From: Ginglymostoma cirratum
Lineage: Eukaryota
DNA length: 64,000 bases
Assembly: GCA_024137785.1 (NCBI GenBank)
Contig: JAHRHZ010000016.1
Coordinates: 36,043,543-36,107,542, forward strand
Direction: 5' to 3'
The notes beneath the pieces were generated by a model. It made no database searches, was not told where the DNA came from, and was given only the letters and a program-made list of their open reading frames with translations. Both the position numbers and the translations under genes were made by a program. Numbering within the stretch: the first letter of the stretch is position 1; the number at the start of each line of letters is the position of its first letter. Shown one piece after another: positions 51,526-63,764 of the stretch.

Positions 51526-51899
51526 TCCAGTTCCCTGAGACAGAAAGGTTAACATTCAAGCAACTAGAAGCAATGTAACAAAGAGCAATGAAACTATTCT
51601 CTGGAGTTTGAGGGGAGGCTGTGGAGGCTTTGGCTTTTCAGTATGGAAAGCTGGGGTAAGATATTGCATTTAGGGTCAGACATCAGAACTGTTTACAAGT
51701 CTTAAGCCACTCTAGGGAGGGAATGAGTCACAGCCCATAATTTCTTCTTCAGCTTTAGTTGTGTCCGCACCACAGGCTAATATTGTACTCTGTCAACATT
51801 TGTGTGGGTAGTGCTAGCTAAACAAGCCATAGACAGCTGAGATGGTCATTCTGACATTGAAAACTTTTAAATAGAAATAATCCCCAGCTGGGTTTTGAA

Positions 51900-54800
51900 G
51901 GTTTCAAGTGATGGGATCCGTGACTATTTCCTTTGATAGATTATTCCATTGTGGGTTTGTTCTTGGCAAGTTGGATTGTTGATATTCTTTCATGGAAACT
52001 AATGGCCTTTGTAGTTAGTGTAGCTGGCAACCTCATGTTTTTGTAATTGCCAGAGGGCACCAGGTTTTTGTTTCTGTCAATTCCCACCAGTCTATTCCAT
52101 ACTTTATAGGACACGATCAGTCCATATTTTTTTCTCTCCTTTGCTGTGGTAATCGTCCTGCCAAATCTTTGCTCAAGGATGTGACACTGCTGTAGTTCCC
52201 AGCCAGACAGATTTGTGCACAATTGTGCGCCATTTCTTTGGATTGACTCAATTATATTGTTATCTCTCACTATATAATGATCCAACACACGGCTTGCATA
52301 CTCCAAGACTAGATGAACAAATATTTGGTAAGCTACAACTCTGATATTTTTTGTTGCAAAACCAGAACCTTGTCTGCTTTGGATTGGGAACATATTTTTT
52401 GAAGTATGCTTTTTAAGGTGAATCCTCAAGTATGATTGTGAATACTCCTGCTGAAGATTTTGATTACAGAGCATAAAACTATCTGATGGTGGATCCTCTT
52501 TGTTGGTGATGCACATGGCCTAGATTTTGTTTTTCATTGAATGCCTTCTCTCATTGGCCTGCTGTTTTAGTAACTCCAGAAGATCAGCATGGATTGGTAT
52601 GAATTAGTATGATCTTGAGATGTTTTTGACACTTAAACCACATAGTCAGCTTCAAAAAGTTTCACTCTGCCTTTCAATTTGTTGGGACAGTTATTTATGT
52701 ATATCAAGAAGAGTAAAGGCCTGACACAGCACCCTGGCTAACATCAGGAACATCCCTCAGAGAGGATGATATCTCATCACACATCATTCTGTCTTCTGCT
52801 GGTATGGAAGTACTGGAGCCTTTTAAATAATTGCCATTAATCTTATAGAAGTGATGTTTGATTAAGATCTTTTCATTAGGAACTTTAGTAAAGGCTTTTG
52901 AGAAATCTGGTTTTGCCAGGCGCATAATTTTATCTCTTTCCAGACTAAAGCTATAATCGACAGTCTGTAGAACCTGTGTTCTGGCACATCTTTATCCCAA
53001 TAACTGTGCTGACTACCTACCAGTATTTTGCAAGTGTCCAGATGCTTCATGAGATGACAATGAATAATTGAAGAAACTTGCAAATGACAAATACATCACA
53101 GATATTAGCTTGTCTACATTTGTCTGGTAAGTAGTTGGTATTCACTGACTCTTGAAAGAGATTTGTTAATATTGGACCCAATTCATCAGCTGTTAACTAC
53201 AAAATTCAAAGGAGGGATTTCATCTGGAGAAGCTTTAATTGAATTTATTTCTTGCAATACTTTCAAAACACTCTCCCTGCTTATAACGAGGTTTCATATG
53301 TCTGCTAAGTGGTTAGCATCTAAGCTGAGTGTGCATCCTAAATCATTTCTGGTAATCAGAATGGAAAATTCATCACTTGTGCTTCTGCTTTACCCTTAGA
53401 TTCATGCAGAATTCTATTTGCAATTTTGGTAATTGAAATGTTTACTTTATCTTTTTTGATTTCTGTAACGAATAAACCAGAAGCAGGATGGAAGGCAGGT
53501 TTGGCAGGCAATCAGCAGTGGGGTAGAATTGAAATGGGACTCTACAGAGCAATTTAATTGAACTTGCCTGAGTGGGCATGATGACAGGGGAGTTGGGAGA
53601 ATCGGGATACCATCATGCCAATACATGGACAGTTTTGCTGTCTGAATATCAGTTAATGACTTCTGAATGAGCTCAAAAGGAGTGTGCTGCACATCTTTGT
53701 TTTCAACATTTGCTTCTTTCTTGTCAGTCTTTTGTTCTCACTGAATTTGGTTGAGCATCTTTTGTTATACTGGCCACTGTTTACACTCAGTCATAAGAAA
53801 GACTTTTTTTATGACAATGAATGTAATCTGACCAGATTCTTACTTCTTATTGGGTTCCATCAAAGTGAGTCTGGGAAACCCAGACAGATCTTCTGTTAGT
53901 TGCCTCTTGACTTTTGGTTGACAACAGTTTGTTTCTGGACCTGTTGTTCTTCTCAAATGAAGGGGTCCCTTTCTGCCCTCTTAAGGAAGTTGAGGTCAAG
54001 ACATGCATTCAGGTTGATAAGTGAGAAGTGATGATTGTGAGTTGCATACACGTCTTTCAACACATACACTTCTAGCGTTCTAGTGTAACTTGTAGCATAC
54101 TTAGACTCTCAACAGTTATTCCACCACCACATTATATAATTTCTGTGAGATAGAATTTCTAATTCCTCAGCTGTGGTATTTTTTCTAATTAGGCAGTGAC
54201 GTGGTCACTTGTTCAATGCTTAAGATTAACATGATGGTGACATAAACAAGTTCTGTGAAAGCTGGGTCATTAGCATCACAAATCTCCCTATGTATGCCTC
54301 TAAAGGGGAATTCTTGACGATAATAATTTCTTTTTTATTGAGCTGTCTCCTTTTTTGCAGCTCTGGAATGGGGTCCTACTTCTGGACATCTTCTGGAAAT
54401 GATTTACAGTCTTACAGATGTATCATTCTTTTATCATGACTGGCAATCGCATGTGACTGTGAGGCATTGCTGTTCCACAGTAATGACATTGCATCAGTTC
54501 TGCTTTCCTTTCTACTTAATGCAGTTATTAATTCTTATCACTGTAAAATTGTTTCTAACCTGCATAATTTCAATACTGCTTATAATTTGCTGTTCTTTAT
54601 GCTAGTATTGTTGTATTCATCAATGTTATTTTGAATTTAATTTTGGTAAAACTTGCTAGACTCAGTCCAGTATTTTCTTTGTTAGCCAGCCCTTTTGAAC
54701 TCTGTATTGCTGCATTAAATTCTTCAATAAAGCTTTAAGTCTTATTACTGGCTGTTCCCTAGTAATTTATTGCTTGCAAGCTCTCAAAATTCTGTTTCTT

Positions 54801-55050
54801 TGTTGTGCTGAGTTCCTATATTTCTTGTGAGATTTTCCCATCTTTTTTGTGGTTTTCACACCTTATTTAGTTATTAAACTAATGCCTTCAAGCCTTTTTC
54901 AGGGTTCAGCTAAGATCGAGTTTTCCTGCATCTTCCCAGGCAAAATGGATGTTTCCATCTTTCATAGTATAAAACATCATGCAACTCCTTCTACACAAAT
55001 TTTTTAGATAAAGTGCTCAGGTTGCAGTCTTTATAAATTGTCCCACCGAA
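51900..55050 (-). mobile_element. Highly degraded divergent CR1-group LINE
   Basis: HLMKHLDTCKILVGSQHS, DFSKAFTKVP, VSQGAVSG, AYQIFVHLVLEYASRVLD…IESIQRNGA; possible PHD remnant at about 54940-55000; 5' boundary uncertain. Confidence 0.65.
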
Positions 55051-56104
55051 ATTGCAGTTTGGTTACTGAGCCCCGGTCCTTTTAAATCTTTAATTTCTCT
55101 TGACTTTTCTTCTTCTGCTCGACTATTTCACCAGATTTCTCTAAATCTGTTCCTTCCCAACTTCAGCAAATTTTTAGGCCCTCCCAATTCTGAAGCACAG
55201 TAGAAACTAATTCACTGGCTTTTTTAACTGTCCTTTACCATTGTGCCTCCTGGTGCCTATTTTTGATGACACTCATTTTGAGAGATGAGAATTCTCCTTT
55301 ACACTCTAATCTTTGCATCACTGTCATAAAGTTATCCCCTTTACCCAAGGGATATCTAACAGCACTCCTCGAACCTTCTCTTGCTCTTTCCAGAACTTCC
55401 TTTGTTCCTCTATTTTCCCAGCCTGCACTCTTCCCTGTGCCTCACACTTGGTGAAGGATTTAATTTTGGAGTGCTGAACTTGCCCTGTTGCTGCTTCCAT
55501 GCCTGCTGCATTCTCAACCTGTCAGTAATCACATTTCAGCTGTTGATTGACTGTTTGTTCTTAAAACAGTAATGTTCTTAAAGTGGGAAATTCATTTCGC
55601 TTCAAAACATCCTCTCTTTTTGAAATTCCTCATGGAATGGCAAGGATTTCTGCATGAAATTTAAATCCACACCATTGCTTCCATGTTATATTTCCTCTAA
55701 TTGACACTGCAAGCTCCATGTGTTATCTGCCACCTCTCCCAGCACATGGTAAAGAATTATTTGAGGTAGTTCACTAGCACCAATCCCCTTTTGTTTTTAT
55801 AGTGTCTTGGGTCTGTCTCATGATCAATGGTAAACGTTAGGCCACTGATGAGCCTAAACAAAAGAGGGACTTGTCTTAGTTAATAAGATTTATTGTATGA
55901 TAAGAATCAGCCTATTACATTGTGAGACAGGCATAATTACTGTGAATTCTAGAGAGCTATACAGAATACATTTGTTCCCTATGAAGGCTACTATAGAACT
56001 TCCCGAGTCCTCCCAGAGACAATGTGACATCACCAAATTGGGTGGAACTTATGCAACTTGATAATTATCTCATTCAGAATACTTTTTTATACAACACTGC
56101 CAGC

Positions 56105-56456
56105 AAAATGATGAGGGGCATGGATTGAGTGAATAGCCAAAGTCTTTTTCCCAGGGTAAGGGAGTCTCAAACTAGAGGGCATAGGTTTAAGGGGAAAGAT
56201 TTAAAAGGGACTTAAGGGGCAACTTTTTCACACAAAGGGCAACACGTGTATGGAATGAGTTGCCAGAGGAAGCGGTGGAGGCTGGTACAATTACAACATT
56301 CAAAAGGCATCTGGATGGGCCTTTGAATAGGAAGGGTTTAGAGGGATATGGGCCAAATGCTGACAAATAGGACTAGATTTATTTAGGATATCTGGTCAGC
56401 ATGGATGAGTTGGACTAAAGGATCTGTTTCCATACTGTGCAACTCTATGACTCCAT
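56105..56456 (+). mobile_element. CR1 3' end
   Basis: actagagggcataggtttaag; tggaatgagttgcca; ctctatgactc tail. Confidence 0.85.
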
Positions 56457-56599
56457 ATCAAGACTTAAGAACTCAATGGTGTTAATGACTAGGTAACACT
56501 GTTGGATGCAGCTTCTTAATTAAATGAGCTGCTAAATCCCAGCCTTAAAGTTACTCTAGTACTTGTAATTAACGTTAGGACAGCTATAAACTTTAGTTA

Positions 56600-57165
56600 C
56601 CATTGGACAGGATGTTGGTAAGACCACATCATGTGTATTGTGTACAGTTTTGGTCTCCTTATTTAAAAAAGGACATAATTGTATTTGGAGCATTTCAGAG
56701 AAAGTTCAGTGGACTGATTGCTGGAATGAAGGAACAATGGTTGGACAGATTCGGCTTGTATCCATTGAAATATAAAAGAATGAAAGGTAATGTCACTGAA
56801 ATACGTAAGACCCCAATGAAACTTGACAAGGTTGATGCTGTGTGAATGCATCCCCAAATTAAACAGACTACAACTACAGCACATAATTTAAAAATAAGGA
56901 TCTTCCCTTTTAAAATGGAGATTAGGGGAATGTTTTTCTGTCAGTGTTGTTTGTCTGTAGAATTCTCTTCCATATTAAGCAGTGGAGGCGGGTACACTGG
57001 ATATTTTTAATGCTAAGTTAACTAGATTCTCGATAAACAAGGGAGTCATAATGTATGGAACGTAGACCGGGAAGTAAAATTAAGACCACAGTCAGATTAA
57101 CCACGATCTTATTAAATAGCAGAATAGGTTCAACAGGCCAAAGGCCTACTCCTGCTTCTAATTTG
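56600..57165 (+). mobile_element. CR1 3' fragment
   Basis: LVRPHHVYCVQFWSPYLKKD; ggcctactcctgcttcta tail. Confidence 0.8.
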
Positions 57166-57386
57166 TACATTTTAATGACAGAACTAGTTAGAGAAGCCAA
57201 CACTGCCTTATCCTTTCACCTATTTGTCCTTGTGTGAAAAGGGGGCACGCAATCTGAGCGGGGGAGTCTACACAGGGCTACCAGTTTTCCATTCTCAAAG
57301 CCATGGGGGAGGTTATCACCAGGTTGGCTCTGCATGACTAAGCCAATATGGAGAGTTGGGAAAACCTGGAGGAAATGATACTGAAT

Positions 57387-57556
57387 AAAAACTGAAAGAA
57401 CTGCGGATGCTGTAAATCAGGAACAAAAACAAAGTTGCTGGAAAAGCTCAGCAGGTTTGGCAGCATCTGTGAAGGAAGAAACAGAGCTAACGTTTCAGGT
57501 CCAGTGACCCTCAGCAAGACCTGCTGAGCTTTTCCAGCAACTTTGTTTTTGTTCCT
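57387..57556 (-). mobile_element. Fold-back element, family A, centre deleted
   Basis: Perfect 15 bp TSD gaaatgatactgaat (57372-57386 / 57557-57571); long arm joins a short inverted arm at about 57515. Confidence 0.9.
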
Positions 57557-57944
57557 GAAATGATACTGAATTCTGTAAGGCGGGTGAATGGAATGTCTTC
57601 TATGCAATGTGACAGAATTTCAAACCTCTTGAAAATAAAGCAACATACCTTGGTATAAATATGCTCCTCTATTTTATCCTGGATTAACATTTCTTCCAAT
57701 TGTATGCTCTTGACACGGAGGAAGTTGTGTTCTGCCAGCTCACTGAGCTTTTTGACACAGGCAGTACATATGGAAGGTTGATGCATGCTGGTTTCCATGA
57801 CCTAAAAAAGGGCAGCAGTGAGCACAAAGCAAAACTTTTTTTTTCCCCATCACCTTCTCAATATGCTGATTCTTTCTGGGTCACGGCTCCTCAAGCACTA
57901 ACAGCCTTCCAGTACCTCACACAAATTATTTTTATCCAGTGTAT

Positions 57945-59040
57945 GAAGACTACTGTTTAACAATTTAACCACAGATAGCATTAGGTGAATTGAGATTGAC
58001 TGTCCTTGACATCAAGACAACATTTGACCAACTATGGTATCAAACAGCTGTAGCTAAACTAGAACCAATGGGAACCAGGAAAGAGTGAGGACGCTGCTGG
58101 TTGCAGTTATATCCAGAATGAAGAAATGTGGTTGGAGTTCAATCATCTCAACCCCAGGATACTATTGCAGGAGTTCCTTAGGGCAGTGTCCTAAGCCCAA
58201 CTAACTTCAGTTGCTTTACAAATGACCTTCTGTCCATCACAAGGTTAGAAGTATATGTTTTGTTCCTCAGAAACTGAACCAGTCCATGTCCACTTGCAAC
58301 AAGGCCAGATAACAACTAGGCTTGGGCTGATAAGTGGCAAGTAACATTTGTGCCACGCAAGTGCCAGGCAATGACTATCCAAAGCAACAGAGAATCTAAC
58401 AATCTCTCATTGATAATCGATGGCATTACTATTGCCAAAACCCCATTGTTACCATTCTTGGCTTACCATTGACCAGAAACTGAACTGCAGCAACCATATA
58501 AGTACGGCAACTACAAGAACGGGTCAGAAACTTGGAATACTGCGGTGAATAACTCATTTCCTGCTTCCCCAAAGCCTGTCCATCATTCCCAAGACAAAAC
58601 TAAAAGTGTGATGGAATACATTCCACTTCCTGGATGACTGCAGCTCCAACTACTCTCATGAAGCTCTAGGTCAAAGTACTACTTGTTTGGTACTCTATCC
58701 AACACCTTCATCACCAAGTGGTAACTTATCAAGTCTTTATTGACAGCATTTTCCAAACACATGACCTCTACCACCTAGAAGGCCAAGAGCAGCAGACACA
58801 TAGGAATACCACCAGGTGCAAGTTCTCATCCAAGTCACACATCAGCCTGACTTGAAACTACTGCTGCTCCTTCACTATTGTTGGCTCAAAAAGTCTTCAT
58901 ACTCTCTTTCTAACAGCACTATCGGTGTCCCTATAACCAAGGACTGCAGTGTTCAAGAAGTCAATTCACTAACACCCTCTCCAGGGCAATTACAAATGGA
59001 AAATAAATGCTGCCACATCCCATGAACAACTAAAAATGAA
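57945..59040 (+). mobile_element. L2 LINE 3' portion
   Basis: LDIKTTFD, GVP*GSVLSP, WADKWQVTF motifs; L2 tail at about 58940-59035. Confidence 0.8.
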
Positions 59041-59055
59041 ATAATCCAATCCTAT

Positions 59056-59160
59056 AAAGGAGCGAGACTCCGAAAGCTAGTGTTTTCAAATATACCTGTT
59101 GGACTATAACCTGCTGTCGTGTGATTTTTGACCTAGTGCCAGCCCAGGCACCTCCACATC
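59056..59160 (+). mobile_element. Family E single arm
   Basis: aaaggagcgagactccgaaagctagtg…cctgttggactataacctg; begins within hammerhead stem II. Confidence 0.75.
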
Positions 59161-61672
59161 AATCCACATCCAACAACAGATACTTTCCAGCAATTTTCAA
59201 TGGAAAGCAACCAGAATCGTGCAGCTTGGCCGAAAAACATTTATTTGTATGCTATTCATTCACACGTTGTTCTTTTCTATTATGATATAATTTATTTCAT
59301 GGTTGGGATAAAAAGTAAGAGGTTGTTTCGCTTTCAAGACCAGAATGTAGTGCAGACTAAATCCAACAGCGTGTTTGTGGTAGTTCATGAAGCTATGCCT
59401 CCTTACTTTCCTCAATGTTTATGGAGTAGTCACCCACAATTCATATATAATCAATTGTCTCTCTCTAATGGAGAAAGATGCTTTAGGTCTTTTGTAGCCT
59501 GAAGCTCCATACGAGAAGTAGATGGTGTGTAGGTAGAAGTTGAGAACCTAAGTACGTATCCATCAAATATTGTAACCTAGATACTATGCTGAGTGATATT
59601 AGTGACATCAACTTATTTGTCTGCTATTTTAGGGATGGGGCAACTGACTTGCTTGAGATGGGTTTTAATTTCAGCCAACATTTAAAACAAGGTAATATCA
59701 TTGCAAATATTTAATAATTCAAATTATTGAATATTTTCCACACCTGTATTATAAATGGTGGGTTACACATTTGGAATTGATCTCCCATTAAAAGGATAAA
59801 AATTAAGTGATGAAGTGGAGCATATTGCTGTAGAAATTAAAACACAGGCCAGCTACCATCTTTCGCCATAATTGGAAAGATCAGCAGTGGAACTTTGAAA
59901 ATTTTAAGAGTTATTTAAGAGTACTTAATTTTGTTTTTTTACATGCACACATCCTTTACAATATAAATTTTGATTTTGCACTTATTTAACAGAAAAACCA
60001 TTGGCAACGGAATAAATTGAGTTGCACTACCATAACAGAAATTGAATTATCTTCCTTGGTTGTGAAACTGAAGACAATTGATGTTGCAGGGGACTGAATT
60101 TTATCCCAGGCTTTGAGACCTTAACGTTGAAACAAAATGGGCTTCTGAGCCCACACTTGCTGGCATTAATCCAGTACAGTACCCTTTTGGCAGGTATTCT
60201 CCTAATTAGCCTTATCCACACAAACTAACTATTAACAGCTCTGTAGCTTTTGCAACCCCATTAGGACAGATGATTATGTCACATCTTGAAGAATCTCAGA
60301 AACCGCAAGGGTACCTCATCTTGGAGGCACACTTATGAGGCATGGATCTAAGTTGAAAATGATTAGATTGAAGCCAATAGGTCATTTGGATTGGAGGGGA
60401 AGCCTTTCTTGGTGAGGGGTGAGTGCACTGGGAACGTTCTGCCAGTGGCAAAATCATGGCACATTCATAAAATGATCCTTAACTGGGACAACAAGCATCT
60501 CATTTTATACTCAGATATTTGAGAAAACAAGTTGAGACTCAAGACTCATCGCTCACAACTAGCATCCGAAATGGATTCAAACTCTGACCACAAAGTTGAC
60601 AATTCATTTTGATAATCCCCTGTGTTCTCTCACTGTCTTTCACAAGTGTTCACTGAAAGTCTTTTCCTTTTGAATGTATTTCATCTACTACTCATATTTC
60701 ATCTTCCTTCCTTACTTTTCCATCTCTACCCCCAAGCCTCTTTCAATGAGTTTTCCCAATTTCACTGTAAACTGTAAAACCACTTCATAAGACTACAATA
60801 TGAGTTTAGCTGTGTTTCATGTGAGAAACTGACCCCAAAACACAAACACCTCACATTTTCCTGCTCATGTTTTCTGATGCGGGAGAGATTTGACGAAGAA
60901 CTTTTTATGCAGAGTGGTAATGACCTAAACCTATTGCTCAAAAGGATTTTAAAGCAGAGACAATCTATGGTTTCAATGGAAATGAATGGGCTTCTGAAGG
61001 AAATAAACTTGCAGGGCTCCAGGGATAACAATGGGCACTGCAACTGACCAGTTTGCTCTAGAGCTTGCTTAGAACTTATAGGCTTGAATGGTCTGCTTCT
61101 GGGTCAGATGTGACTGTAAATTTCAATATGGAAATGATACTTCCTTTGTTCTGTGTTATGAAATACTGAACTGACATAGGATGTGTTTTAAGAACAGGTG
61201 GAGAGTGCAGGAGATGGGTGGTCACAAAAAACAAGAGCAAAAAAATGAGCCAATTTAAAGCAGGTGATGGTAATGCCAATTATAGAATACTTTGTGCAGG
61301 TTTGCGATCCTACAATAGTAGGAATGAAAAGTTATAGTGTACAGTATAAATTCATCAGAATTATATTGGAGATGAGAAACTATAGATATAAGGAGAAGTT
61401 AGAGCGCACTTTCAATGGAACGGAGAAAGATAAAAGGAAAACTAATGGAACATTTTAAAATTATGAAACCTTTGATGTAATGATCAGGAGAAACAGGCTG
61501 CAGTTTACTGAAGCCAATGAACAAATGATGTCTATTGTCTGCATGGCTTACATTTGTCCATTTAACTTCCATGAGGTTCTGCAGTACAGCTTGCTGTTAG
61601 TTGGAAATGTTAATAGCACATGCCCTCTACAGGTCATCTGGGACCTGTATGAACAGAACAAGGTACTACCTC

Positions 61673-61760
61673 AGATAACAAGGTGTAGAGCTGGATGAAC
61701 ACAGCAGGCCAAGCAGCATTCGAGGAGCAGGAAAGCTGATGCTTCGGGTCTAGACCTTTC
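61673..61760 (-). mobile_element. Family D single arm (related to B/C)
   Basis: gataacaaggtgtagagctggatgaacacagcaggccaagcagcat…gatgcttcgggtctagacc. Confidence 0.8.
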
Positions 61761-62610
61761 CCCAGAAGGTACTATGTAATTTTTTTTACTCAATCGTTGT
61801 CTTCAGTTGTACTTCCTGTGTCCTGACTTAGCGTGATTTGTTCAGTCAGTCAGCTATGTTATGCCCAGTAACATCTTTAAGCACAGAATCCATGCAATGT
61901 GTGCATGTGTTGGAGGATTGTGAAGAGCAGACTGACACGTGGAGTTGAGGTGAAGATGAGATCAGCCCTAATCATGTCAAATAACAGTGCAAGCTCGAGT
62001 GGCTAGATTGCCTACTCCTGCTCCTATTTCTTATGTCTAATATTATAACCATATAAATAGAGTCATAAATAAACTTCAAGATATCTGTCTTCGTAAGAAC
62101 ACACGTCTCTTTGGTATGTGTTACAGAAACCAAAATACATTTAAAAATACAGCAAATGACATCAATCCCAATCACTTTTTCCCCCAATTCCCACTTACTT
62201 CAATTTTGCTAAGGAATTCAATTGCTGTTTTGATGTCATGGGCAACCAGTCAGCTCACCTCTGGAGCTCAAATTTTTGTCCATTTTCAGGCCAAACATAA
62301 ACTGACCATCAATTAACAGACTATTGACGAGCAAATGTCATTTATTAGCACTGTCAACAACATAGTGACAGAATGTTATCAAGTGAAAATTGTCTCTAAA
62401 GCAATCAGATATCAGAAAATTTTTCTCTATGCATTTAGAGTATGGAGTTCTATGTCACAGAAAGTATTTGAGGCAGTAACACATTGAAATCTTTAAAAGA
62501 AACATGGATAAGTATACAAATGAGGGAAAAAGCTATGGTTAGAGAAAAAGATAGCTGGTTCAGCTTTGGATTATTTTGGCAAAATGCTGGCAAAAACATG
62601 AAGGGTTCCA

Positions 62611-62708
62611 TTTTCTGAAGAAGGGTCTAGGCCCGAAACATCAGCCTTCCTGCTCCTCTGATGCTGCTTGGCCTGCTGTGTTCATCAAGCTCTACACCTT
62701 GTTATCTC
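62611..62708 (+). mobile_element. Family D single arm with near-intact hammerhead
   Basis: uuu-CUGAAGA-A-GGGUCUAGGCCC-GAAAC-AUC (ACGU changed to ACAU, consistent with CpG decay). Confidence 0.82.
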
Positions 62709-62757
62709 AAGGGTTGCAGATCCTCACTTTGTGCTACAAAATCTTAATTTGTTGCCT

Positions 62758-63280
62758 AGATAACAAGCATGGGGCTGGATGAACACAGCAGGTCAAGCAG
62801 CATCATAGGAGCANNNNNNNNNNNNNNNNNNNNNNNNNNNNNNNNNNNNNNNNNNNNNNNNNNNNNNNNNNNNNNNNNNNNNNNNNNNNNNNNNNNNNNN
62901 NNNNNNNNNNNNNNNNNNNNNNNNNNNNNNNNNNNNNNNNNNNNNNNNNNNNNNNNNNNNNNNNNNNNNNNNNNNNNNNNNNNNNNNNNNNNNNNNNNNN
63001 NNNNNNNNNNNNNNNNNNNNNNNNNNNNNNNNNNNNNNNNNNNNNNNNNNNNNNNNNNNNNNNNNNNNNNNNNNNNNNNNNNNNNNNNNNNNNNNNNNNN
63101 NNNNNNNNNNNNNNNNNNNNNNNNNNNNNNNNNNNNNNNNNNNNNNNNNNNNNNNNNNNNNNNNNNNNNNNNNNNNNNNNNNNNNNNNNNNNNNNNNNNN
63201 NNNNNNNNNNNNNCCTGCTGTGTTCATCCAGCCCCATGCTTGTTATCTCGGATTCTCCAGCATCTGCAGTACCTTTTATC
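62758..63280 (+). mobile_element. Fold-back element, family B, spanning the assembly gap
   Basis: Both flanks match the 33993 copy in inverted orientation; TSD tcttaatttgttgcct (62742-62757 / 63281-63296). Confidence 0.9.
62814..63213. other. Assembly gap (400 N)
   Basis: Run of N. Confidence 1.
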
Positions 63281-63764
63281 TCTTAATTTGTTGCCTTATG
63301 ATTTTTAATCTTGTAAAATGCTTTATCCCACGAAAAGGACAATGGATAACTGGAATGCAGATCATTGAGGTTCTGAGTGTAATGTTCTTTTTTCACTTCA
63401 TCCAGTTTTTTTCCAACATTTTGTGATTTAAACTGAACATTGAGTTGTTCCTCTAGCCACATTAAAAAACCGATTTACTGCTTGAATGTCATCGTACGGC
63501 CTCATATCACTTTCAAACTCTATTACACTTTAATTAAATTAAATATTGCTTATTTTTCAGAATGAATGTCATTCCCACCAATAAGGAAAACTTTACCTTG
63601 GCTTTACGTGTCCAGCTTCAAATAATCAAAAGTATAATTCACAGAATCTCTTGTTCTATGTGATGATTTAGCAGAGTTAAATCTAAATCTAGGGCATTAA
63701 AATTTAATATTAGCCCCACACCTCTACTCCAAGGGTTGAGAGGGAGAAACAAAATTAAAATTTC

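Noticed and set aside
22192-57556. Interpreting the palindromes as DNA-transposon MITEs, pre-miRNAs or CRISPR-like repeats
   Set aside because: Arms are unequal, TSDs are long and variable, one family matches a Penelope 3' end, and there is no repeat-spacer periodicity.
62259-62320. Possible 62 bp minus-strand exon (AG…AG|GTGAGC)
   Set aside because: Weak acceptor, peptide not recognised, and phase does not match the 59576 candidate exon.
62769-63308. ORFs of 144-179 aa across the N run
   Set aside because: Artefacts of translating the assembly gap.
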